Position numbers and translations under genes: made by a program
NCBI GenBank assembly: GCA_965199495.1
Contig: CBDASK010000003.1
Span: forward strand, 3,264,001-3,328,000
Length of the DNA: 64,000 nt
Source: Abditibacterium sp.
GTDB lineage: Bacteria; Armatimonadota; Abditibacteriia; Abditibacteriales; Abditibacteriaceae
Reading direction: 5' to 3'
The notes under the pieces: generated by a model
What the model was told of the DNA's origin: nothing
Databases searched by the model: none
Seen by the model: the letters and a program-made list of their open reading frames with translations, nothing else
In this document: in pieces, positions 37,903 through 47,433 of the stretch
Numbering within the stretch: position 1 is the first letter of the stretch
Layout: every line of letters starts with the position of its first letter

Positions 37903-39192
37903 TCAGCGCGTCGGCAACTCGACGCGAAACGCGGTGCCGTGGCCTTCTTCCGATTCGACTTCGACGTGCCCACCGTGATTCTCAACGATATGTTTGACAA
38001 TCGCCAGCCCCAAACCCGTTCCACCTTCGCTGCGTGAGCGCGCTTTGTCCACGCGATAAAATCGCTCGAAAACGCGCGGCAAATCGTCGGCGGGGATGCC
38101 GATGCCGGTATCGCTGACTTCTAAAATCGCCGTCGTGCCGTCGTTATTTTCGCTCAGTTTCAGCGCGACTTGCCCGCCTTTGGGCGTATACGAAAGCGCG
38201 TTGTCCAACAAATTGAACGCGACTTGTTCCAAAGCTGCGGCGTCTCCACTCACGATGACGGGCGTGAATTCGCCATTTTGTTCGTCCGGTTGCCAACCGA
38301 TTGCGACGCTGTTGCGCCCGGCTTTGTCGCGCAGACTGTCCACCACGTTACGCACCAATTGATTCAGTTCGACCGGCGCGCGCACCGATTTTTCAGCCGC
38401 TTCGGCGCGCGCCAAATCGAGCAAATCCGAAACGAGGCGCGATAAGCGTTCGGCCTCGGAAACGAGCGGCGGCAGAAAACGCGCGATGAGTTGAGTGTCG
38501 CCCGGCGCGTGCAGCATCGTTTCGGCGGTCGCGCGAATGTTGGCGATGGGCGTGCGCAATTCGTGCGAAGCGTTGGCGACAAAATCGCGGCGCACGCGTT
38601 CGAGGCGGCGCAATTCGGTCATGTCCTGCACGATAGCCACGGCGCCGACTTCGGCGCCCGCGCCCGAATAAACCGGTGCGACGCGCAGAAAAACTTCGCG
38701 GATTTTGGGCGCGTAAAGATGCAATTCCTGCGCGCTCGATTGTCCGTTTTGAAGTGCCGCGCGCATCGCCGCGTCAATGCCAAACGAGGGCAGCGCCTCG
38801 ATTAAACTGGCGCCCAAAACGTCTTCGATGCGCAACGCGAACAACTGCAACGCCGCGTGATTGACGAATCGCAAACGCGCCTGCGAATCCACCACTAAAA
38901 CCGCGTCTTGCAGCGAAGCCAACACATCTTCCAAATCGCGGCGCGCGCGCGCTTGCTCGGTTTGCGATTCTTCCAGAGCCGCGCGTTGCGTAGTCAGGCG
39001 GCGCCACAACGTTTGTTGGTCGGTGGGCAAATTTGCCGTCAGCTCGTTGATTAAGCCATCGTTGCGCGAGGCGTAGGCGGTCAAAATATCGCGTCTCTCC
39101 GCTTCGCGAGCATTGCTGCGTCGCAGAGTTAGCAGCCACGCCGCGCCCAAACCCAACGCCAATGTCCCAAATAATGCGGCCTCAATGTTCAT
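37903..39192 (-). CDS. PAS sensor histidine kinase (PhoR-like)
   Basis: RRDFVANASHELRTP, NLLDNA, DTGIGI, FERFYRVDKARSR, GTGLGL. Confidence 0.9.
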   Translation of the reverse strand: MNIEAALFGTLALGLGAAWLLTLRRSNAREAERRDILTAYASRNDGLINELTANLPTDQQTLWRRLTTQRAALEESQTEQARARRDLEDVLASLQDAVLVVDSQARLRFVNHAALQLFALRIEDVLGASLIEALPSFGIDAAMRAALQNGQSSAQELHLYAPKIREVFLRVAPVYSGAGAEVGAVAIVQDMTELRRLERVRRDFVANASHELRTPIANIRATAETMLHAPGDTQLIARFLPPLVSEAERLSRLVSDLLDLARAEAAEKSVRAPVELNQLVRNVVDSLRDKAGRNSVAIGWQPDEQNGEFTPVIVSGDAAALEQVAFNLLDNALSYTPKGGQVALKLSENNDGTTAILEVSDTGIGIPADDLPRVFERFYRVDKARSRSEGGTGLGLAIVKHIVENHGGHVEVESEEGHGTAFRVELPTR

Positions 39193-39281
39193 AGTAAGAA
39201 AGGATAAGACATAAAGCACGCCACAACACAAATCGCCAAAACGCTCTTTATCCTTCCGCCTTCATCTCATATCCTTCATTT

Positions 39282-39755
39282 ATGGTTCGCATTTTATTCG
39301 TTTGTCTGGGCAATATTTGCCGCTCGCCGATGGCCGAAGCGATTCTGGTTCATCGCGTCAAAGACGCGGGTTTGTCAAGTCAAATCGAGATAGATTCGGC
39401 GGGCACCGGCGACTGGCACATCGGCGATTCGCCGCACGAAGGCACGCTCCAAATATTGAAAACAAATGGCATCGAACATCCGATGCGTGCGCGTCAAATC
39501 GTCGCGTCAGATTTGGACGAGTTCGATTATTTGATCGTGATGGACGACAAAAACGAACGCGACGTGCGCGCCGTGGCTGCTGCCGGGGACAGGGCACATA
39601 TCGCGCGTTTGTTGGATTATCTGCCTGAAGCCACAGACAAAAATGTGCCCGATCCTTATTTTACCGGCGACTTCGACGCGGTTTACCGGATGGTCAGCGC
39701 GGCGTGCGACAATCTGCTGGAAGCGGTCAAACGAGAACATCAACTGTCAATTTAA
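39282..39755 (+). CDS. Low-molecular-weight protein-tyrosine phosphatase
   Basis: VCLGNICRSPMAE, DSAGT, VPDPYF. Confidence 0.95.
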   Translation: MVRILFVCLGNICRSPMAEAILVHRVKDAGLSSQIEIDSAGTGDWHIGDSPHEGTLQILKTNGIEHPMRARQIVASDLDEFDYLIVMDDKNERDVRAVAAAGDRAHIARLLDYLPEATDKNVPDPYFTGDFDAVYRMVSAACDNLLEAVKREHQLSI

Positions 39756-39853
39756 TTGAAAATTTCCTTCGCACGAACTCGCGCCATCAGCCAAACTGAG
39801 AGGTGTCAATTGCCCGGCAACTGACGTCTTAATTCATCAGATTTTCAAACCCC

Positions 39854-40432
39854 ATGAGACTCCCCGCCGTTCCCTCGGATAATCGGTTCCGAATTTTAGT
39901 TGTCGAAGATGACGCGATGATCGCCAAGTTGTTGGTCATTCATCTGGAAAAAGCCAAATTTCAGGTCGTTCATGCGAGCGATGGTCTGGCAGGTTGGAGC
40001 CAGTTCAGTCGGTATGACCCGCATTTAATTATCACCGACATCAATATGCCCGGTCTATCGGGACACGATTTGGTCGAGAAGATTCGCGGGACTTCGAGCG
40101 TGCCGATTTTGATGATGACCGCCGCCGACAGCGAAGATTATCAACTGAGGGGCTTTAAATCCGGTGCCGACGATTATATTCCCAAGCCCTTCAACCCCAA
40201 ACTGCTCATCGCACGCGTCGTGGCCAACCTGCGCCGCGTCTATCGCTACGACGCCGAAATCACGAGCGCCCAAACTAAATCCGAAGTCCATTCGGGCGCG
40301 GACTGGCCCCGATGCGAAAATTGCGATTATATCGGCCCCGCCAGCCGCTTTCAGTTCGTCACAGCCACCGGCCAAACGGTCGCCCAGTGCCCCAACTGTA
40401 AAGCCCGCAACGTCTCGTTTAAGCTGGGGTAG
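39854..40432 (+). CDS. Response regulator receiver with C-terminal zinc ribbon
   Basis: VVEDD, DINMP, KPF; C-terminal CENC...CPNC. Confidence 0.85.
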   Translation: MRLPAVPSDNRFRILVVEDDAMIAKLLVIHLEKAKFQVVHASDGLAGWSQFSRYDPHLIITDINMPGLSGHDLVEKIRGTSSVPILMMTAADSEDYQLRGFKSGADDYIPKPFNPKLLIARVVANLRRVYRYDAEITSAQTKSEVHSGADWPRCENCDYIGPASRFQFVTATGQTVAQCPNCKARNVSFKLG

Positions 40433-40471
40433 TTGCGGATTTCGGAAATCTGGTAAACCAAAAGACTCACT

Positions 40472-41332
40472 ATGAATTGGACACTTTCCGCATTTTCCGA
40501 CGAAGCGGGCTCTTCTGCCGAAGAGCAAATCAACGCGCTGTTGCGCGCTGGCCTGCGTTTCATTGACATCCGTGGCATTGACGGCCACGGCATCACCTCG
40601 CTGCCAATTGAGCAGGCGAAAATCGTCAAAGCCAAACTCGATGATCACGGCATCGTCACGCAGATGTTCGGCTCGCCCATCGGCAAAATCGAAGTGGACG
40701 ACGAACTTTTGCTCGACATAGACAAGCTCAATCATCTGGGCGAAATGGCGCCGATTTTCGGTTGTAGCGCGGTTCGGATGTTCTCGTATTACAACAAAAA
40801 CGAGCAGACGCACGGCGATTGGCAAAAGCAGGTTTTGGAGCGCATGGAAACGCTGCGTGACCGCGCCGAAAAGATGGGTTTGGTTTTGTATCACGAAAAC
40901 GAGCGCCACATCTTCGGCGATTTAATCGCCGATGTCGAAACCTTGGCCGATTTGCGCAACGCCAATTTTAAGCTGATTTTCGATTTCGATAATTACCAGC
41001 AGAGCGGCGAGGACGTGTGGAACGGTTGGGAGCGACTGCGCGACCGCACCGACGCGATTCATTTGAAAGATTCGACATCGGATAACAGGCACGTTCCGGT
41101 CGGGCAGGGCAACGGCCAAGTCGAGAAGATTTTGGCCGATGCCGTTGCCATCGGTTGGAGCGGCCCGCTGACTTTGGAGCCGCATTTGACGCATTCCAAC
41201 GCGGTGGTTTCGACTGGCCCCAGTGGTCAGCAGAATCAGGCGTATTCCGCGATGGAACCCGCCGAAAGTTTCGAGATTGCTGCGCAGGCGGCCAAAGATT
41301 TGTTGGCAAAAGTCGGCGCAGATTGGTCGTAA
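40472..41332 (+). CDS. Sugar phosphate isomerase/epimerase (xylose isomerase-like TIM barrel)
   Basis: LSAFSDE, HENE, FDFDNY, HLKD, LEPH. Confidence 0.88.
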   Translation: MNWTLSAFSDEAGSSAEEQINALLRAGLRFIDIRGIDGHGITSLPIEQAKIVKAKLDDHGIVTQMFGSPIGKIEVDDELLLDIDKLNHLGEMAPIFGCSAVRMFSYYNKNEQTHGDWQKQVLERMETLRDRAEKMGLVLYHENERHIFGDLIADVETLADLRNANFKLIFDFDNYQQSGEDVWNGWERLRDRTDAIHLKDSTSDNRHVPVGQGNGQVEKILADAVAIGWSGPLTLEPHLTHSNAVVSTGPSGQQNQAYSAMEPAESFEIAAQAAKDLLAKVGADWS

Positions 41333-41353
41333 TTCGTCTTGAAAAGGCCCGTG

Positions 41354-41502
41354 TTTGTTAATTTTGACCACAAAAACATAGAAACCACAAAGGGCACAAA
41401 AAATTCAAATAGACTTGGTCGAGCTTTCTTTCCTGAATAATTTCCCTGCCAAACCTTTGAATATTTTGTGATTTTTGTGGTTTTGTGGTCAAAATTAACA
41501 AA
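41354..41502. repeat. Long palindromic element, family A (second copy, inverted)
   Basis: TTTGTTAATTTTGACCACAAAA...TTTTGTGGTCAAAATTAACAAA; internal spacer homologous to the 891-1057 copy. Confidence 0.85.
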
Positions 41503-41522
41503 CGTACTTTCTTCCAAAAAAT

Positions 41523-42077
41523 TTAGCGAGCGAATTGGCTTTGGGCATCTTTGCGCTGCAAATCGCTGCGCAGGTCGGTGGCATCGCTGTGGCGTCCTTG
41601 GTCGTCCAGCTTTTGCGCGGCGCGCTGGCACAGATTAACGAAGGTTCGACGCTGCACCGGAGTTAGAGGAATTAAATCGCGGCCTTCCATTTCGAGTAAA
41701 ACCGCCTCGGACAAGCCGAGGCGGTCGGCGAATTCGCGCGGGTTAATTCCCAAACTCCAACGCACGCGCCCCATCAAACTGGTGGGTTCGCCGTGGTTGC
41801 GATGCTGCACCGCTTGATAGGGCGTTGGCGCGTTATCTACCGCGCAAAGACGCAGGTTGCAATCATAATTTGCGCGTTTTTCCGGGTTGCCCAGAATGCT
41901 ATACGCCTCAATGATCCGTTTGATGGCGACTTCGGCGGCTTCGCGCCGCCCCGGATTGGCGTCGGGATGGTGTAACCGCACCAAGTGGCGATAGGACGCC
42001 TTAATCTGTTCATCGCTGGCGACGGGCGGCACCTCCAAAATGGCGTAAAAATCGGTCGCTCCACTGTTTCGAGACAT
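41523..42077 (-). CDS. J-domain protein with C-terminal HTH-like region
   Basis: DFYAILEV...HHPDAN...AYSILG...RANYD; then VRWSLGINPREFADRLGLSEAVLLEME. Confidence 0.8.
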   Translation of the reverse strand: MSRNSGATDFYAILEVPPVASDEQIKASYRHLVRLHHPDANPGRREAAEVAIKRIIEAYSILGNPEKRANYDCNLRLCAVDNAPTPYQAVQHRNHGEPTSLMGRVRWSLGINPREFADRLGLSEAVLLEMEGRDLIPLTPVQRRTFVNLCQRAAQKLDDQGRHSDATDLRSDLQRKDAQSQFAR

Positions 42078-42151
42078 AAGAGAAACGTATAGATGCAAAG
42101 AAATCGCCGCTTAACACCTCTGTTTTTGAAACAGCGCGAATTTTAAACCAA

Positions 42152-43561
42152 TTACTCCAACGATTCACTCAATTCGCGTGCGGCTTTGTCCAACTCTTTG
42201 AGCCGTTTTTTGCTGCTCGCTTCCATGTAAACGCGCACCAAAGGTTCCGTCCCCGATGGGCGCATCAGCAACCACGAGCCGTCTTCGAGGCTGAGTTTGG
42301 CGCCGTCTTCGGTCTGCACTTTGACGACTTTGCTGCCCGCGACAGTTGCCGGTGGCTGCTCTTTGATGCCGTCCATCAATTTCGTTTTGGTGGCGTCATC
42401 CAAATGCAAATCAATGCGGTTGGAGTAAAACGTACCGAACCGTTTGGTGATGTCCGTGTAAATCTCCGATAGCGGTTTTTTGTGCGTCGCCCAGATTTCG
42501 GCGATGAGTAAGTCGGCCAAAACGCCGTCTTTTCCGCCGTAATGTCCACGAATCGAAAGCCCGCTCGATTCCTCGCCGCCCACCAAAGCGCCCTTTTCTA
42601 CGATGGCTTCGCCGACCCACTTAAAGCCGACGGGCGTTTCGATGACTTGCTGATCGTAATGCTTGGCGATGGCGTCCAGCAATTCGGTCGTCGGGAGCGA
42701 ACGAGCCACCGGCCCGCGCTCGCCGCGCGCTTCGAGCAAATGAACGTAAACCAGCGCCAGAACCTGATTGGCGGTGATGTAGGCGCCGGTCGAATCCACG
42801 CAACCGAAACGGTCGGCGTCGGGATCGTTGGCCAAACCCAAATCGGCTTTGTTTTCCAACACGGTCTGTTGCAAAGTTTTATGACTTTCGGGATTGGCCG
42901 GATCGGGCGAAAAACCGCCGAACATCGGATCGGGATTCTCATGAATCGAGGTCACGTTCCAACCGCAATCGCGCAGAATCGAGTCCACATAACCGCGCCC
43001 GGTGCCGTGAACCGCATCGTAAACGACGGTGCCCGGATTCTGCTGGAGAATATCGAAGTTAATCACGGTTTTCAGTTGCTCGACTAAACCGGGTTTGGGA
43101 TCGAAAATCGTGACATCGGCGGGCGCGACTTTCGATTTGAATTTCTGGCCCAGAACGTGTTCGAGCGCATTCGTCATATCTTTATCGGCGGGGCCGCCGA
43201 GCGGATTGAAGAATTTATAACCGTTATATTTGGGCGGATTGTGCGACGCGGTAATCATAATTCCGGTCGCCAGTTGGCGGCTTTTGGTCGCCCACGCAAT
43301 CGCGGGCGTGGGCGCATCACGGTCGGACAGCAAAACTGGAATGCCGTGGCTGGCCAAAGTATCGGCGGCGGCGCGGGCGAATTCGGCGCTCAGAAAGCGC
43401 GTGTCGTAGCCAATGGCAACGCCATTTTTCACCAAATCTTTCTGATGTTTGAAAAGATACGCAGCCAGCGCGCTCGAAAGCAAACGGACGTTTTCAAAAG
43501 TGTAATCTTCGGCGATGACAGCGCGCCAGCCGTCGGTTCCAAAACGAATATCGGTGGACAT
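42152..43561 (-). CDS. Phosphoglucomutase/phosphomannomutase
   Basis: IRFGTDGWR, TASHNP, DPDADR, GEESSG, RPSGTEP; ATG at 43561. Confidence 0.95.
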   Translation of the reverse strand: MSTDIRFGTDGWRAVIAEDYTFENVRLLSSALAAYLFKHQKDLVKNGVAIGYDTRFLSAEFARAAADTLASHGIPVLLSDRDAPTPAIAWATKSRQLATGIMITASHNPPKYNGYKFFNPLGGPADKDMTNALEHVLGQKFKSKVAPADVTIFDPKPGLVEQLKTVINFDILQQNPGTVVYDAVHGTGRGYVDSILRDCGWNVTSIHENPDPMFGGFSPDPANPESHKTLQQTVLENKADLGLANDPDADRFGCVDSTGAYITANQVLALVYVHLLEARGERGPVARSLPTTELLDAIAKHYDQQVIETPVGFKWVGEAIVEKGALVGGEESSGLSIRGHYGGKDGVLADLLIAEIWATHKKPLSEIYTDITKRFGTFYSNRIDLHLDDATKTKLMDGIKEQPPATVAGSKVVKVQTEDGAKLSLEDGSWLLMRPSGTEPLVRVYMEASSKKRLKELDKAARELSESLE

Positions 43562-43595
43562 AGAATTGTGACATTGGGCGAGAATCGGGCCGAAT

Positions 43596-45173
43596 TTATC
43601 CAGCAATTCCACGCGTATAAAGACGAGTTTCGGGCGAATTATAAAGATAGTCGTGTGGCACGAAATCGCGGCCCGGCAGCGCGAGCGGATGCGCCTTACC
43701 GTAAAACCAATGCTTCCCGTAGAAAACAGTGGGCAACTTTTTGAGAAATATCGCGGCCTCGCCATTGGGATGAAGCCGCAACTGTTCGCGATACTCGAAC
43801 TCGGAAATCGCGAATAACGCTGTTTTTGACGCGCGCATTTTCTGGACATCAAATCCGGTGACGACCGTGCCCGCAACGGGAACATTCGAGCCGACCGGTT
43901 GAAACGGCGGCGTGTAGAACCACGGATTGTTGACCAGCCCCAGAGTTTCTTTGCCTCGCCACGAGCGAGAGGCATTGCCGATTCGGTCGCGCGAATCCAC
44001 AGATACGAACGGCCACAAAATTCCCGGCACCGAAACCGTAATAATCCAAATTAATGCCGCGCCCCAAATCTGCGGTTTCGGCAAACGCGACGCCGCCCAA
44101 ACTGCTGTCACGCACAACAATGGCGCGATGGGAAACAGATAGCGCATGAAGCGCACCTGCGAAAATCCGAGCGACAAAAAGAACAATCCGACGAACAATA
44201 AAACCGGCCAGAATGGTCTTTCGCGCGCCGCCAAAATAACGCCGACAACAGCAGCCACGGCGAGCGGCGCTGTCATCACGAAAGGCAGATTAAACGTGAG
44301 ATGATACCACCAACCGTTGCCTGTGCCCTGAAAAATATCGCCCGAACCTAAGCGCGGATGCGTAAGCAGTTCAAACGAGATTCCGGTTTGGACTTGTTCG
44401 CTCGGATTGCCCCAGAACTCGGCGGGCGCAAGCAACGCGTAGGGCGTCGAAATTAGAAAACCCAATAGCGCCACAATCGGCGCCAGAACAATTAAGCCCC
44501 AGCGATTTTTCAATTCGGGCAACAACCCCGCGCACGCCATCGGTACGACGACGACGAGGCCCGCGTTGTATTTGGTGCCCGCCGCCAAGCCCGCGACCAA
44601 AGCCGCGATAACTAACGCTTTGGCGGTTTGCGCGCGCAGCGAAAGCCAAACGCAGAGCGCCACGAAAAACGTCGCCGGAATATCCACCGTCGCATAATGC
44701 GAATGTTGGACTAAACCCGGCAACAGCGCCACCAAAACTCCGGCGACAATCGCGCCACGTCGCAAGCCCAATTGGCGCGCGATGCCCCACGTTAAAGCCG
44801 CCGTGGCTGCTCCCGTCGCGACCGAGAATAATCGTCCTGCGAAAATAATATCGCGAATTATCGGCCACGGATACGACGCGTCGGCCACGTTCGTTGTTAA
44901 TCCGAAAACGGCGAGAAACTGATAAATAATCCAAGTCGCGTAAATCGAGAGCGACGGATAATTGAAAAAATGCGGATTGAAATCGCCCTGCAACAGATGC
45001 ACGACGGCGCCGACGATTTGATTCACCGATTCGTCGGGATGATACGAATAATAACGCTCGGCATTGGGCAAACCCCACGTCAAACCGATGGCACGCACAA
45101 CTAAGGCCAGCGCGAAAATGAGCGCGGGCGCGAGTAAGCGGCGTGATTTGTCGGGCGAAGTGAGAGTTGCCAT
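43596..45173 (-). CDS. GT-C (PMT/ArnT-like) membrane glycosyltransferase
   Basis: YHPDE, FFNYPSL, SHYATVD, GTKYN, RY; multiple TMs. Confidence 0.85.
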   Translation of the reverse strand: MATLTSPDKSRRLLAPALIFALALVVRAIGLTWGLPNAERYYSYHPDESVNQIVGAVVHLLQGDFNPHFFNYPSLSIYATWIIYQFLAVFGLTTNVADASYPWPIIRDIIFAGRLFSVATGAATAALTWGIARQLGLRRGAIVAGVLVALLPGLVQHSHYATVDIPATFFVALCVWLSLRAQTAKALVIAALVAGLAAGTKYNAGLVVVVPMACAGLLPELKNRWGLIVLAPIVALLGFLISTPYALLAPAEFWGNPSEQVQTGISFELLTHPRLGSGDIFQGTGNGWWYHLTFNLPFVMTAPLAVAAVVGVILAARERPFWPVLLFVGLFFLSLGFSQVRFMRYLFPIAPLLCVTAVWAASRLPKPQIWGAALIWIITVSVPGILWPFVSVDSRDRIGNASRSWRGKETLGLVNNPWFYTPPFQPVGSNVPVAGTVVTGFDVQKMRASKTALFAISEFEYREQLRLHPNGEAAIFLKKLPTVFYGKHWFYGKAHPLALPGRDFVPHDYLYNSPETRLYTRGIAG

Positions 45174-45189
45174 CGGACGAAGTTTAATT

Positions 45190-46977
45190 TTAGCGCGTGA
45201 CCAATAGCGCGTTCGCCACGCGGCGTTCGATGCCGTCGCTGGGACGATTGATGATTTTGCCTTTCACGGCGAGGGCCGTCGAGCCGCCGCCGTCGAAGTT
45301 GAGCGCGTCAACCGCGCCCAATTTTTGCATCGTCGCCGCCAACTCTTGCAGCGTTAATCCGGTCGAATAATAGCCCTGACGGCCATCGGCGACCAGAATG
45401 ATGTAGCGGCCCTGTTTGTCAATGCCAAACGCGGTGCGCGGGCCGGTTCCGCTTGTAACGTCGGAGCGAAAGCCTTCGTTGGTCACGTAAATTTGGCCGT
45501 CTTTGACCAATCTTGGCCCGCCGCCCAGCGCCGTGGTTATCGCGGGCCAACCGATGGGCGCGATGCTGAGGCGCGCCCGCGTGCCGCGCGCCACGCGTTC
45601 GAGCGGCGGACGTGCGCCGCCGCTCGCGACCAGAACAAAACCGTTGGCCGGAACATTGGCGCCGCCGCCGCCCGGCTTGGACGTGACGACGCCATTTTCG
45701 ACGACGAGCGCCATTTCGCCGGGGCTTAATTTGTAATACGAAGCGAAATCGCGCGTAATCGCCGTCACGCGTCCGGCGTCGGGCCAGCCGTTCAAATCGC
45801 GAATCGGCACCGATGTGCCATCGCCAAAAACTGCGCGCGCGTCGGTGCGCATCGAGCCGATGCGAGCGCGGCCATTTTTATCGAAACCGACCGTGGTGCG
45901 CCCGTTCCACGGCAGACGGCGCCACTGGCCGTTGACCAAAACGGTGCCAACTGCCGCGCCATCGTAAGCGAAAAATCCGCCATTGACCGCCAAAACGGCT
46001 TTCTTGCGCGCGGCCAAACTCGAAATCCGCGCGCGATCCAGCACGCCGCCGCCCGGCTCGACGCGCACGCGCCAACCGTCGCGCGGATCGAATTTCGCCG
46101 CCCACATCTGAACCGGGCCGTGTCCCGTGCCCTTGCGAATTTTGGTCAGCGATAATCCGCCCGTCGAATTAGAGGTTTGTTCCTCGAACAAACGCTGTGC
46201 ATCAATCACGATGCGCGTCGGATTGCCCAGCGTGAACCAACTCAGTGGCGCCGCATAATTCAGTTTCAGGGCGAATTTCGCCTGCCAGTTGCCCGACGTA
46301 AGCGTGGTGCCAGTCACCATATAATCTTTGACGGCGTTAGTACCATTGACGCCCGGTTCTTGGCGTCCGGCGAACTCGAAATTCGCGCGGTCTTTGCCGA
46401 GATAGGCCGCCACGCGCGTCGGGTTCGAGAGTTGGATAACGGTGCGCACGCGCTCATTCTGCACTTCGGTGCGCACGTCTTGAATCGTCGTCGCCGGATA
46501 TTGAATCAGAAAAGTGGTTTTGTCGGTTCCTCGCCGCGCCACGCTCCACTTCAGGCCAAGCCAATCGCAAAATGCGCGCATCGAAACATATAAATCTTTG
46601 CCGTAAACGCGCGCAGGTGTCGGCATTTGATCTGGCGTTCCGTCCACCAGAACGCCGCTTTGGTTGGTATAAAAATCAATCTGTTCGCCGAAATAAAGCA
46701 AGCGCCATTGATCTTTGGCGATTGGCCCGACGCTGGCGCCAATCGCATCGGCGAAAAACGTCGCGGGCACCATCGTGTGGCCGTCCTGAATCGGCGCGGC
46801 GCCGGGAGTCGAAAGATAAACCTGCGCTGTCGGCACCGGGGGCGGCGCGACGGTAGTCGGCAGTTCGAGCGGCAATTGGGCAATCGGCGGCGTTTGGGCG
46901 CGCGCCGGAGGGGCCGCAAAGTAGGGCAATAAAAAAGCGGCCAACAGAAATGTTGCCGCGAAACGAAACGCATTCAT
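45190..46977 (-). CDS. Secreted phosphodiester glycosidase (NAGPA-like) protein
   Basis: AVNGGFF, GGGPRLV, PRTAFG, ADGRQ, NFDGGGST; signal peptide from ATG 46977. Confidence 0.88.
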   Translation of the reverse strand: MNAFRFAATFLLAAFLLPYFAAPPARAQTPPIAQLPLELPTTVAPPPVPTAQVYLSTPGAAPIQDGHTMVPATFFADAIGASVGPIAKDQWRLLYFGEQIDFYTNQSGVLVDGTPDQMPTPARVYGKDLYVSMRAFCDWLGLKWSVARRGTDKTTFLIQYPATTIQDVRTEVQNERVRTVIQLSNPTRVAAYLGKDRANFEFAGRQEPGVNGTNAVKDYMVTGTTLTSGNWQAKFALKLNYAAPLSWFTLGNPTRIVIDAQRLFEEQTSNSTGGLSLTKIRKGTGHGPVQMWAAKFDPRDGWRVRVEPGGGVLDRARISSLAARKKAVLAVNGGFFAYDGAAVGTVLVNGQWRRLPWNGRTTVGFDKNGRARIGSMRTDARAVFGDGTSVPIRDLNGWPDAGRVTAITRDFASYYKLSPGEMALVVENGVVTSKPGGGGANVPANGFVLVASGGARPPLERVARGTRARLSIAPIGWPAITTALGGGPRLVKDGQIYVTNEGFRSDVTSGTGPRTAFGIDKQGRYIILVADGRQGYYSTGLTLQELAATMQKLGAVDALNFDGGGSTALAVKGKIINRPSDGIERRVANALLVTR

Positions 46978-47060
46978 TGGAAAAGAAAAGCAGTCTATGT
47001 CAAAGTGGCTTCTTCCCTTCCGCTTTTGGTAATTTTGGTCAATTGAGGCATGAATTGATG

Positions 47061-47209
47061 TGCTATAGCCCTTCCTAAACAGAAAGTTACATTTCCGAGA
47101 GCGGGTCTGACGCACCCTTCCAATCGGTAGAAGGGCGAGGAAAGTCCGCCGATTGGAAGGAGGCGTCAGCCCCGCCGTTGGAGCCTTTCCACTATGAAGG
47201 GCTATAACA
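47061..47209. repeat. Family C palindrome inside an outer inverted repeat (TATAGCCCTTC/GAAGGGCTATA)
   Basis: Inner CTGACGC..CTTCCAATCGG...CCGATTGGAAG..GCGTCAG at 47101-47175. Confidence 0.75.
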
Positions 47210-47214
47210 AATTT

Positions 47215-47351
47215 CTTTGTCATTCCGAGAGGAGTGAGGCACGAACGGAACCGAGGAATCTTACGGCCCCACGCCAGTGGAACTTTCGCTGACGCGAGGG
47301 CAACAGATTCCTCGGTTCCGTTCGTGCCTCACTCCTCTCGGAATGACAAAG
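47215..47351. repeat. TGTCATT-type palindrome, family G variant
   Basis: CTTTGTCATTCCGAGAGGAGTGAGGCACGAACGGAACCGAGGAATCT and its exact reverse complement. Confidence 0.88.
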
Positions 47352-47433
47352 AGGCTTCTCACTTTTGGTTAACACGCCATAGCCCCACACCTTTCATAAT
47401 TTTACGAACAATATCGCTATCTCCTAAACACTA

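Noticed and set aside
47137..47150. GAGGAAAGTCC, the RNase P RNA signature
   Set aside because: It lies in the loop of a family C hairpin, and no matching 3' P4 strand or room for a 350-400 nt RNA is visible before lon.
46978..47223. Extended N-terminus of the NAGPA-like ORF (likewise for lon, pgm, pdxS)
   Set aside because: Extensions cross repeats or neighbouring genes; downstream starts fit the protein families.
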